Origin: Octopus sinensis
Lineage: Eukaryota
NCBI RefSeq assembly: GCF_006345805.1
Contig: NW_021836778.1
Location: 1-20,678 of the forward strand
Length of the DNA stretch: 20,678 nt
Reading direction: 5' to 3'
Positions 9,907-18,150 of this stretch are shown one piece after another (positions within the stretch are counted from its first letter, which is position 1; each line of letters opens with the position of its first letter). The position numbers and the translations under genes are program-made. Under the pieces are notes generated by a model that had not been told where the DNA came from, did no database searches, and saw nothing but the letters and a program-made list of their open reading frames with translations.

Positions 9907-10106
9907 TCGTGAGGCCATTAATTAGCTTAGCTATCTTTTTTCGATGACATAAATTCTTTTTTGTTAAATTTTCGTTAAAAAAATAAAATAAAAGCTCTAA
10001 TTGTTATCGACCATGAATAGACTGTGCAATTATCAGATTTTGAAAACCACTAAAAAGGAAAAAGCAAAAATTATTAGAGATTTACATAATTGATTCTTTT
10101 TAACTG

Positions 10107-10341
10107 CCGAAACTGACAAATTCGATTATGCTACTGTTTAGATTTCTTAAAAGATAGAGGCAAATAAAATTTAAATTAGTCATGTAAATTTCAATTTGCC
10201 TATATTTAAATCTCCTTGATTTAACAGGCTTTAATTTTTTTCCTTATAATACTACAAAGATGAAGCTGATTATCATTTTCTTTACCGAAACAGACAAGTT
10301 CGATTATGCTAAAGTTTCAATTCCTTTAAACATAGAGGCAA
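10107..10341 (+). repeat. Pair of degenerate 57-bp direct repeats (10107-10163, 10285-10341)
   Basis: Ungapped manual alignment 48/57 identical; core GACAA(A/G)TTCGATTATGCTA...ATAGAGGCAA. Confidence 0.8.
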
Positions 10342-10621
10342 TTAAGTATAATGGCTTTGATTGGATAATACACTTTACATAAATTTCACTAAATAAATTT
10401 ACGTAGAAAATTTAATATAAATTACTGATTCGCGTTTACAAAATCATAAGAATGTCCTATAAAGAGAGATCTGAGAATGTTAACAAACAAGAGAATATGA
10501 ACCATATAACAAAAAAAGAGAAACGAGGGAAGATGTGCTTAAATGGTGAGGGAACTTAGACAACAGCTGAACAAGGTCAGGACTGCTGTTAGACTCAACT
10601 ACGGGTAATAGAATTATGCAT

Positions 10622-11424
10622 TCTAGGTTAATTGTTTGGGATGAATGTACGATGGCTCATAAAGGCGCATTCAAGCAGTTGACCGAACATATAGAGATAT
10701 CAAGAATTGTAGCGACCATTTGTTTGGGGGAGCATTAGTTGTATTGGCAGGTGATTTTAGACAGACGCTGCCAATTATTCAAAGAGGGACGCCTGCGGAT
10801 GAATTGAATGCCTGCCTCAAATCGTCATATTTGTGGACACACGTGAAAAAGGTAAGCTTAGATGTAAATGTACATGCACATTTACAAGGCGTTAATAGCA
10901 TATTCCCACAAATCCTTCTAGATATTGGAAATGGGGCAATCACTTCAGAAATGCACGACCAGAAAATTAGGCTACCGGAAGAATTATGTATTTTCGTAGA
11001 AACAGCAGAAGAATTATTGAATGCCGTCTATTCCGAACTATCTGAACACTACGTGAATTTCGACTGGCTGCGTGAACGAGCTATATTAGCTCCACTTAAT
11101 GATGAGGTACTTAATATAAATTTAGATTTATTAATGAAAATCCCTGGCAGAGAAAGAATATATAAATCGGTCGACGTTATTATGGACCATGAAAGGGCCT
11201 GCGATAGATTTAAGAGACTACAATTTCCGCTGAAGATAAGTTTTGCTATGACAATAAACAAGGCCCAGGGACAGTCTTTAAAGGTAGTAGGCTTATTTTT
11301 AGAGAACGAGTGCTTTTCACATGGCCAGCTGTATGTGGGGTGCTCAAGGGTAGGTAGAAGAGAAATTTATTTATATTTGCCAAGGATGGACGGACTGCAA
11401 ACATCGTTTATCCACAGGCCTTAG
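10622..11424 (+). pseudogene. Helitron PIF1-like SF1B helicase, C-terminal part, frameshifted and internally deleted
   Basis: RLIVWDECTMAHK (Walker B) / AVDRTYRD...FGGALVVLAGDFRQTLPII...PADELNACLKSSYLW; RAILAPLN; FKRLQFPLKISFAMTINKAQGQSL; CFSHGQLYVGCSRV. The segment normally between YKSxD and FKRLQFP is absent. Confidence 0.93.
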
Positions 11425-11488
11425 AATAAGGTTATATCAAAGCAGGTCGCATTTATATATCTACATAAATTTATAGTTATTTAAGGAA

Positions 11489-11558
11489 ACTGCGAGCGTA
11501 GCGAGCAGGGCCTCCGCAGGAGCTAGCTCGCAGTGAGCGAAGCGAACTGCTGAGCTAG
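11489..11558 (+). other. Helitron 3' terminal hairpin region with two CTAG ends
   Basis: 9-bp inverted repeat ACTGCGAGC (11489-11497)/GCTCGCAGT (11526-11534); CTCC-GCA-GGAG hairpin before CTAG 11523-11526; GCAGT...ACTGC stem before CTAG 11555-11558. Confidence 0.8.
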
Positions 11559-11821
11559 TTTTTAATAAACATGGATATCAAAAATTTTGACTTACATATA
11601 GACAAAATATTCTCAATTGTTGAATGACATTGAAACAATAATAATAGCTTTTCCTTTAATATATCTATAGTTGAAGAGGATTTAGTGCTTTCTCCAATAT
11701 TTTGACCAAAATAAATAAATTGCAAATTGTGAATAGAAGAGATTTTAGACTTAATCTGTCAAATAGTGAAGCTGACATAAAGAAACTAACAAATTTTCAT
11801 CGGGCTCAAGGCAATCATTAA
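11559..11821 (+). pseudogene. hAT transposase C-terminal (dimerization-domain) part
   Basis: FNKHGYQKF* / KYSQLLNDIETIIIAFPLIYL / GFSAFSNILTKINKLQIVNRRDFRLNLSNSEADIKKLTNFHRAQGNH* matches the hAT C-terminal pattern FPxxYLxExGFS...RxxL...H. Confidence 0.88.
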
Positions 11822-12020
11822 AATTTTTAATTACTAAAAGTTTTGCTTATGAATATTCTTTTTAATTGAATAAATAAATTAGATAATAAGGGGGCGCTGA
11901 AATTTTGAAGCTTTAAAATTGTGTCAAAAGAGGGCGGTAGCTTGAAAAAAGATTAAGAACCACTGACCTAGAATATTAAATAAAGACGTGGATTCACTTT
12001 TTTGGCATTAAAAAATTTTT

Positions 12021-12237
12021 TGAATTGTTCAAAATTGAGGATTTGTTTAAGTTTTAACATGTGTGAATGAATTTCAAGGTTCGTTAAAGCAACGAGACTA
12101 TTAGTACAAATTCCATTTACAAAAGTATCAATTCTTTTAACAGCTTTGATACTTCTTTGTATTTACAACATTCAGATTCCAAATCGGAAGAAATTATTGA
12201 CATTGTTTGAATAGATTAAGGTATGAGAAGAGGTTAT
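12021..12237 (+). repeat. 217-bp direct repeat, copy 1 (partner 17403-17622)
   Basis: TGAATTGTTCAAAATTGAGG...GAGAAGAGGTTAT; the copies differ only by a 1-nt and a 2-nt indel as read by eye. Confidence 0.96.
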
Positions 12238-12393
12238 CTCACGTATTTTTCCTGTAACTTTCTTTATAGCCAATGAAAGGCCTAAATGAGCACATTTTGA
12301 CACAAATAAATAACCTGATTTATATTCACGTCAAAAGTTGTTATATATTTAAAAGATAATTCAAATCATGCTAATTAAAATTATTTTTAATAA

Positions 12394-15228
12394 TTAGACG
12401 GCTCTCAAATTTTTGCTTCCCGAGTTCCCCATAACTCCACTTTGATCTTCTCCGCCATGATCCTCAATCTCCTCGTGGGGCGTGCAGTCTCTGGGCCTCT
12501 TAAGGGACTTGCTGATCTTCATAGAGAAATTATATTTCCGCCAGTCCCTATTTACGGAATTTGCAGAGTCCAGAATTTCACTGAAGCCATGTTTGTACTC
12601 GACAAACATGCTCTCCAGAGTGGCCTTCAGCGTTACAGTCTGGATGTAAGACCGAACACGTTCTTCAATCCCAAGGAGCTCCATGTACTTGCGGTAGATT
12701 GTTGAAACGATTCCATCCCACGTAATGACAATTGGCACAATCTTCACCTTAGCCTTGTGAATCAGTTGTAATTCACTAGCTAAAATGTCGTATTTGTGCA
12801 GTTTTTCTACTTCCACACTCTTTAGGTTATCTATTGAAGTCACACCCACTTCAATAAGCCATATTAGGTTCTCTCTTTTGTCGTAGAGGAAAATATCGGG
12901 TTTGTTATATTGAATTTTCAACTCTGTTGGAATTGTTGTATCAACTCGTATTTCTGCCAAGGTGTTGCACATAATACTCTGGACAGAGTGATTTTTCAGT
13001 CTTCTGGATTTTTTGAATCCAAATCTACGGCACAAGTGCATGTGGATGCATCTCACAATTTCATTGTGTCTTCTCGTATAATCCGAATTAAGCATCCTGT
13101 TGCATCTAGTTGCCATGTGATCAACCGTCTTATTGGAAGATTTACAGTGTGGACATTTTGAATTAGGGTCTCTGAAAAAAATATTCCTGTCTTGAAGAAA
13201 TGAAAACATAGCTTCAGATTTAGGAGATATATTTCCTTTCTTAAGCCATGTTGAAGACGATAGAATATCAAAATTGTTATCATCAAGGGATTCAAATAGC
13301 TTCGAGTGAAGTGTTTTCTTCTTGATATTGGACAGTAAGGAATCAATCTGCAATCTATTCAGTGATTTGGTTATCTCTTCTTGGGTGTTCGTTCCATATT
13401 TACAATGCAGGAATTCTGTGATCGTGGCCATATGGGATTTTCTTTTCTGCTCGGCCCACAGAATTGCTGCCTTTCTTGGGGAGATTAACTTTCGCCTCTC
13501 CAGATTTTCACGAAAGTCAAACAGCATTTTTTCCGACCTGAAGGTAATCGAGGCAAGCCCTCTTCCAAGTTTATCCCTCGGCAAATATAGCCTTTCCTTA
13601 CAGGCTGGTTTCATATGAATATTTAGATCCATTAACAGCTTCCTGACAAATTTGTCAATTTCATCAAAAACGGACGGTTCCAAATCCAGAAGGCCGATAT
13701 AATAATTGTACAAAGATAAGGCATGTTCATTAATTGCCTTAAACAAATTCACCGAATTTAGTTTCGTCTTCGACAATCTTTCGATACGTTGTTGAACCTC
13801 AATCCGTAAATTTTTCAAAACTTCTTCTTTAACAACCTGACTAAACTTATTTTCCAATACACCCAAATAACGGTAACTATCCAGTCCATCCAACAGTTTG
13901 GCATCATTTCTCAACAAACAACTATTCGTTGCCGACTTCTCACAATTCTTTTCCAAACCCGAAGCTTTAAAAAATAAATCCACGTCTTTCATCATACACC
14001 CGAGTGTGACCTCATCTTTGGCGAGCAGTTTCAAATCATCAATGAACAAAAAATGGTTCGTAGAAAAAAACACTGAATTTTCTTGATTGGTATTGACTGA
14101 TAAATTTGGGTATTTAGCCGATAACAATCTGCTCAACGGATCCAAAGTCAAAATGAACAACTGAGGAGACAGGGAATCTCCTTGGAGTATTCCACGTTCT
14201 ATGTTAACAATTCCTAGATGCTGCTTTCCTAATTTGAGGGAGACCTTCCAATTTGGAATTATTGACATTACAAACTTTGTTATCCATTCAGGAAGCCCTG
14301 AGTTTTTCAGAATAACTGCAAGGAATTCGTGATTGATTGAGTCAAAGGCTTTTTTTACGTCTACCCATGAAGAAAATAATTTGTACTCATGTGACCTGTT
14401 CACACAACAGTTAATAAGTGCTTGCTCCTTTGCACCTTGACAATGCCTCTTAGTGCCAAGTTGACACTCAGAGATTAGATCGTATACTTCCACATACTCA
14501 GCAATTTTCTCATTTACACACTTTGTGACGAGTTTATAAAGGCACGGCATACAGGTAATTGGTCTGAAATCACCGGCTTCAGTGGAATTATCCTTTTTCG
14601 GAATAAGATAAGTTATCCCGGTATAAAACCAACTCTGAGGTTGACTGCTTCCAGTAATGATATTTCTGATCTCATCAAATAGAAATTTATGTAGGGAGTC
14701 CAATTTTTTAATGAAGAAGTTGTAAACTCCATCGCAGCCAGGAGCTTTCCAGTTGGGGAGAAATTCGATAATGTTTAAAATGAAGGTGTCATTAACATCA
14801 GGTTCGTGATATTCGGCACCAGTGACTCTTCTATTCACACCCAATTGATACTCACTTATATCTCTTTTTTTCCATACATTAGTCCAAAACTTCAAGCAAC
14901 GGTCAGTGTCAATACACTCATTATGTTGGATGGTAGAATTGAGTCTCCTATAAAAGGATTTTCTATACAACTCAAAATTTCTGTTATCCTTCCTGAACTG
15001 TCTTCTTGAATCAGAAATATTCACTTTCTTCATGAGAATTTTAATTTTATCATTTATGGCTGTCGAAATTCTTTCAAATTCACCATTTTTCAATTTTTTA
15101 TAATTAAAAGAGCAAAGAATATCCGTTGCTTTCTTCTTCTCCTCATCACTTACTGTTGAGGTAAAAAACTTTGTAATGATAGACTCATTTTCAGTTAAAG
15201 ACTCAATCTTCCTTTTCACATTGTCCAC
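12394..15228 (-). CDS. Reverse transcriptase plus CCHC knuckle plus restriction-like endonuclease (R2-group, R4/Dong-like); native N-terminus cut off by insertion
   Basis: WKAPGCDG, FRPITC, QLGTK, WVDVKKAFDSINH, RGILQGDSLSPQLF, FIDDLKL, YRYLGV, RLYLPRDKLGRGL (R4-like), CPHC...HMATRC, RHNEIV, KPDIF...LIEVGVT, KLHKY. 944 codons without stop. Confidence 0.95.
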   Translation of the reverse strand: MDNVKRKIESLTENESIITKFFTSTVSDEEKKKATDILCSFNYKKLKNGEFERISTAINDKIKILMKKVNISDSRRQFRKDNRNFELYRKSFYRRLNSTIQHNECIDTDRCLKFWTNVWKKRDISEYQLGVNRRVTGAEYHEPDVNDTFILNIIEFLPNWKAPGCDGVYNFFIKKLDSLHKFLFDEIRNIITGSSQPQSWFYTGITYLIPKKDNSTEAGDFRPITCMPCLYKLVTKCVNEKIAEYVEVYDLISECQLGTKRHCQGAKEQALINCCVNRSHEYKLFSSWVDVKKAFDSINHEFLAVILKNSGLPEWITKFVMSIIPNWKVSLKLGKQHLGIVNIERGILQGDSLSPQLFILTLDPLSRLLSAKYPNLSVNTNQENSVFFSTNHFLFIDDLKLLAKDEVTLGCMMKDVDLFFKASGLEKNCEKSATNSCLLRNDAKLLDGLDSYRYLGVLENKFSQVVKEEVLKNLRIEVQQRIERLSKTKLNSVNLFKAINEHALSLYNYYIGLLDLEPSVFDEIDKFVRKLLMDLNIHMKPACKERLYLPRDKLGRGLASITFRSEKMLFDFRENLERRKLISPRKAAILWAEQKRKSHMATITEFLHCKYGTNTQEEITKSLNRLQIDSLLSNIKKKTLHSKLFESLDDNNFDILSSSTWLKKGNISPKSEAMFSFLQDRNIFFRDPNSKCPHCKSSNKTVDHMATRCNRMLNSDYTRRHNEIVRCIHMHLCRRFGFKKSRRLKNHSVQSIMCNTLAEIRVDTTIPTELKIQYNKPDIFLYDKRENLIWLIEVGVTSIDNLKSVEVEKLHKYDILASELQLIHKAKVKIVPIVITWDGIVSTIYRKYMELLGIEERVRSYIQTVTLKATLESMFVEYKHGFSEILDSANSVNRDWRKYNFSMKISKSLKRPRDCTPHEEIEDHGGEDQSGVMGNSGSKNLRAV

Positions 15229-15713
15229 CCAGTTTGATGGTGAAAATTCTTTCTTTGTAATTCGATGATAAGTGCATTGTGAGGAATATATGTCACCGGC
15301 CGTAGGCTGGACGGCGCCGTTCGTTGGACACTTTCAAAATTTCATTTATTTCAATTTTGCTCATATAAAACATACCTTAATTTTTTCCAAGTCCCATTTT
15401 AAGCCTATTTTCGATGAATTTGGTGACTTTTGAGAAAATAAGAGAGCTAACAAAACCAACCACACCGTTTTTTCTACGATTATTGATTAAAAATCATAAT
15501 GTTTATTATATTTCGAGGTTTACCATTTTAAAATAATACTTTTTAATAGTTATAAAATCGAATTTATTTGTAAAATTTATTAAATAAAATAGACGTTGGC
15601 ATCCTAACAGCAATTTTAGAGATGACCAGTACAGATTTCTAAAGGGAACCCTAACCAAACCTTAATTGCTGCACACGTATTACTTCTTATCCAGCCTTAG
15701 GCTTTCAGGTAGT

Positions 15714-15890
15714 AAGTCCAACCTAAACCAATTGGCCTACGGCCGGATTTTTTTGGAATCCAACTATTCCCCTATGCGGCCTTCGGCCGCGGTGTGTAGT
15801 TTTTAAAGTCCAACCTAAACCAATTGGCCTACGGCCAGATTTTTTTTGGAATCCAACTATTCCCCTATGCGGCCTTCGGCCGCGGTGTGT
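15714..15890 (+). repeat. Two tandem 84/85-bp subterminal repeats with GC hairpins
   Basis: 15714-15797 and 15806-15890; each has GGCCTACGGCC (shares CCTACGGCC with the TIR) and a perfect GCGGCC-TTC-GGCCGC hairpin. Confidence 0.93.
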
Positions 15891-15953
15891 TTGCTTCTTA
15901 TTTTAAGTTGAAAAACTTTTTATACAATTTTTAAAATTTTATTAACCAAAAAT

Positions 15954-16592
15954 TTAAACTAATCGTTTGAGTCTACTAATGTGAATGGATTCAATTTCTC
16001 TTCCATTTTCATCTTTTAACACACATAAATTATTTTTTTTGTCGACGATATAAAATTTCTCTGAAGATATTTCATCGTGAAGAGGATATTTCCTATTATT
16101 CACATTTGCGTCTCTATCATGTCGGATAATAACAGAATCTCCGACATTTATATCCTCTTCGTCGAATTTCCATTTCCTTTTTTTAGACATTTTCGCTATA
16201 TTGCTCATAAATATTAAACCTGGCAAACTTCACACCGGCTTACAACAGTAAGGACCTCTTTTCTCGTAATCGGATAAATTTCTTCACAGAGTTTGGAATA
16301 AAGCCTATCACGACCAAAATGGTTTAAATTGTGTTCAGTCTACAAAATTTGATTTTATATTTACCTCAATTGTTTTCATCTTAAATTCATTTTGTTCGAT
16401 AGTGAAGAATCTTAGTTTTTTACCATTTTTCAGAATGAAAATCACAGATTGCTCATAAATAAAATTTTTTGAGAGAGAACGTATTTTAAAACGTTCTTTC
16501 CTCTGTGTTTCATCTTCTATCAAGCCAGTTTCAATATAATTAATTAATTTTTCAACAAAGGATTGCAATAGATACAACAAAACCATTCTCAC
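15954..16592 (-). pseudogene. Integrase-type transposase remnant: N-terminus, HHCC zinc-binding motif and C-terminal domain; DDE core missing
   Basis: After a frameshift from ORF 16335-16592: EHNLNHFGRDRLYSKLCEEIYPITRKEVLTVVSRCEVCQV (H-x3-H-x28-C-x2-C, 16217-16339). It directly abuts ...INVGDSVIIRHD...HISRLKRL, resembling integrase C-terminal domains. Confidence 0.78.
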
Positions 16593-16746
16593 GCGATTCT
16601 TAATTTAAACAAAAATTAGGAATATTTAATAAATTATTTAAATAATTTTGATTTTTTAATGGAGATTATTATTGTAAAAATATTTTTAATTAAAAATATT
16701 GCTTAGTGTCCACTCAACGGCGCCGTCCATCCTACGGCCGGTGACA

Positions 16747-17414
16747 ATATATCAAAGTAGAAATGTCATTAATCGATTTTGGGGGATTATCTGATGTATA
16801 TTGGATCAAAGCCCTGTTAATCAAATCGATAACAAGATGATTAATATATTGAGCAGGGACTTTCGGAGTAGGCATTCTTTCTTCAAAAGGTATTGAACTG
16901 TTTTCTTCAATCTGAATCAACAATTCTTCATAGCATTTAGTATATAAGGTTAGATTGGTGCCACCTTTATCGTTGCTGGAGGCATCATTCCTAGCGTTAT
17001 CTCTTACTGAAGCATTATTTCTAAATGAAGCAATAAGCCTCTTTAGTTCAGATATTGATTTCTTCTTCCCAAACTTCAGATTGAAGTAATCCACAGTCAA
17101 AGGCCATCCTCCTCTAGGCATCCGCTTAAACCGATCTTTGACAAGCCCGAAGAGCTGAGTCACCCATTCACCAGGATTCGAAGAGTTGACAGAGTCACAC
17201 AAGCTTTCAGAGGTAGCAGACTTGTCGATATCTGCTGGGGAGGTCCAGTGAGTGAATTTCCGGAGAAATAAGGACGGCCATGAACATTTAAATCCACTCT
17301 TCCATTACAATTTTCACTATTATTTTGAGTAGATGCGTCCATAGATATGGTTATTCCATTTTGTAAACCAACCATCCGTACATCACAAGAAATTTTTTTA
17401 AATGAATTGTTCAA
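16747..17414 (-). pseudogene. N-terminal part of the R4-like ORF (upstream of the insertion; one apparent frameshift near 17200-17300)
   Basis: ...PKSINDISTLIY joins in frame to SSQCTYHRITKKEFSPSNWVDNVKRKIE when 15286-16746 is removed. ATG-containing ORF 17160-17414 overlaps in another frame. Confidence 0.8.
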
Positions 17415-17622
17415 AATTGAGGATTTGTTTAAGTTTTAACATGTGTGAATGAATTTCAAGGTTCGTTAAAGCAACGAGACTATTAGTACAAATTCCATTT
17501 ACAAAAGTATCAATTCTTTTAACAGCTTTGATACTTTCTTTGTATTTACAACATTCAGATTCCAAATCGGAAGAAATTATTGACATTGTTTGAATAGATA
17601 TTAAGGTATGAGAAGAGGTTAT
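17403..17622 (+). repeat. 220-bp direct repeat, copy 2 (partner 12021-12237)
   Basis: Abuts the 5' end of the minus-strand retroelement; near-identical to 12021-12237. Confidence 0.96.
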
Positions 17623-17907
17623 TTAATGGTGAATTCTAATTATAATTTTTCTTATATTGATATTTCCGGGTATAATCTGTTAGCTAAATTATATGAATTA
17701 ATTAATCAGTAAAAATTGCAAAACGGCTGCGTGAATGGGTCTGCGAGATCTCTAATGTTCCAAGTATTTAATTAATAGTGGATTAATCGAGCTATGATAG
17801 TCCAATCTCGTAAAGTAAAATGTGATGGTAAAATTACTAAAATCAATAAATCTTATCTTGACTTTTGTTAAGTCTTTATTTATTAATAAACAAGAGAAAA
17901 ATCTTAA

Positions 17908-18150
17908 TTGGCAGATAGCCAGAGAATTGCCTCTGACTATGGCCATAGATATTCGTTTGGTTAAATACCGGTACTCACACGGATTGCCGGTAACCTTTTC
18001 GATTAGTGAGCCGCTGGAGTAGGGTCCGAGTAGAAGGCACCTGTATTCCTGACGTCTCAACAGCCAGGGGAACAAACACTCTGCCAATTCCGATTCCAGC
18101 GTATTTCTCACTCTTTCTCTTCTCAGTCCGTTCAGACGGGGTTCTCGGAT
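17908..18150 (-). pseudogene. Second CRE-like REL endonuclease C-terminal fragment
   Basis: ERTEKRKSEKYAGIGIGRVFVPLAVETSG then (frameshift) EKVTGNPCEYRYLTKRISMAIVRGNSLAI; same motif order as 7120-7369 but divergent. Confidence 0.78.

Larger units (their letters stand above)
6902..11558 (+). mobile_element. Helitron (defective), 4657 bp
   Basis: Starts TC after A6901; ends CTAG (11555-11558) before T11559; no TSD; subterminal hairpins; (GT/GTCT)n near the 5' end; PIF1-like helicase inside. Joining the flanks restores the hAT frame EAKV-I-FNKHGYQKF. Confidence 0.88.
6298..11965 (+). mobile_element. hAT (Buster-type) element with both TIRs and 8-bp TSD, carrying a nested Helitron
   Basis: TSD ACCTAGAA at 6290-6297 and 11966-11973 (central TA, Buster-type target). 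Left TIR CAGTGATTTTTAA versus right TIR reverse complement CAGTGGTTCTTAA (11/13). GGGGCGCT subterminal motif at 6312 and 11891. Transposase N- and C-termini lie inside. Confidence 0.93.
15291..16746 (-). mobile_element. Ginger-like (integrase-type) DNA transposon, internally deleted, 1456 bp
   Basis: 42-bp TIRs (15291-15332, 16705-16746; 38/42 match) starting TGT and ending ACA; 5-bp TSD ATATA (15286-15290, 16747-16751); integrase HHCC remnant inside. Confidence 0.85.
12238..17402 (-). mobile_element. R4/Dong-like RT-REL non-LTR retrotransposon, near full length, interrupted by a Ginger-like element
   Basis: Bounded by the direct repeats; single original ORF reconstructed across the insertion. 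Exact 3' UTR boundary (12238-12393) is inferred. Confidence 0.8.

Noticed and set aside
9917-9929. 13-bp inverted match to 6071-6083 (TAAGCTAATTAAT) suggesting a retroelement 3' end beside the satellite
   Set aside because: Very AT-rich 13-mer expected by chance in this composition; no upstream REL homology.
12442-15009. Short ORFs overlapping the RT gene (12442-12705, 12910-13161, 13053-13346, 13322-13618, 13898-14086, 14806-15009)
   Set aside because: Antisense or alternate-frame shadows of a long coding sequence; no motifs.
17398-17586. 62-aa ORF inside the direct repeat as a functional gene
   Set aside because: The other copy has a frameshifting 1-nt deletion and no motif is recognisable; at most a host-gene remnant.
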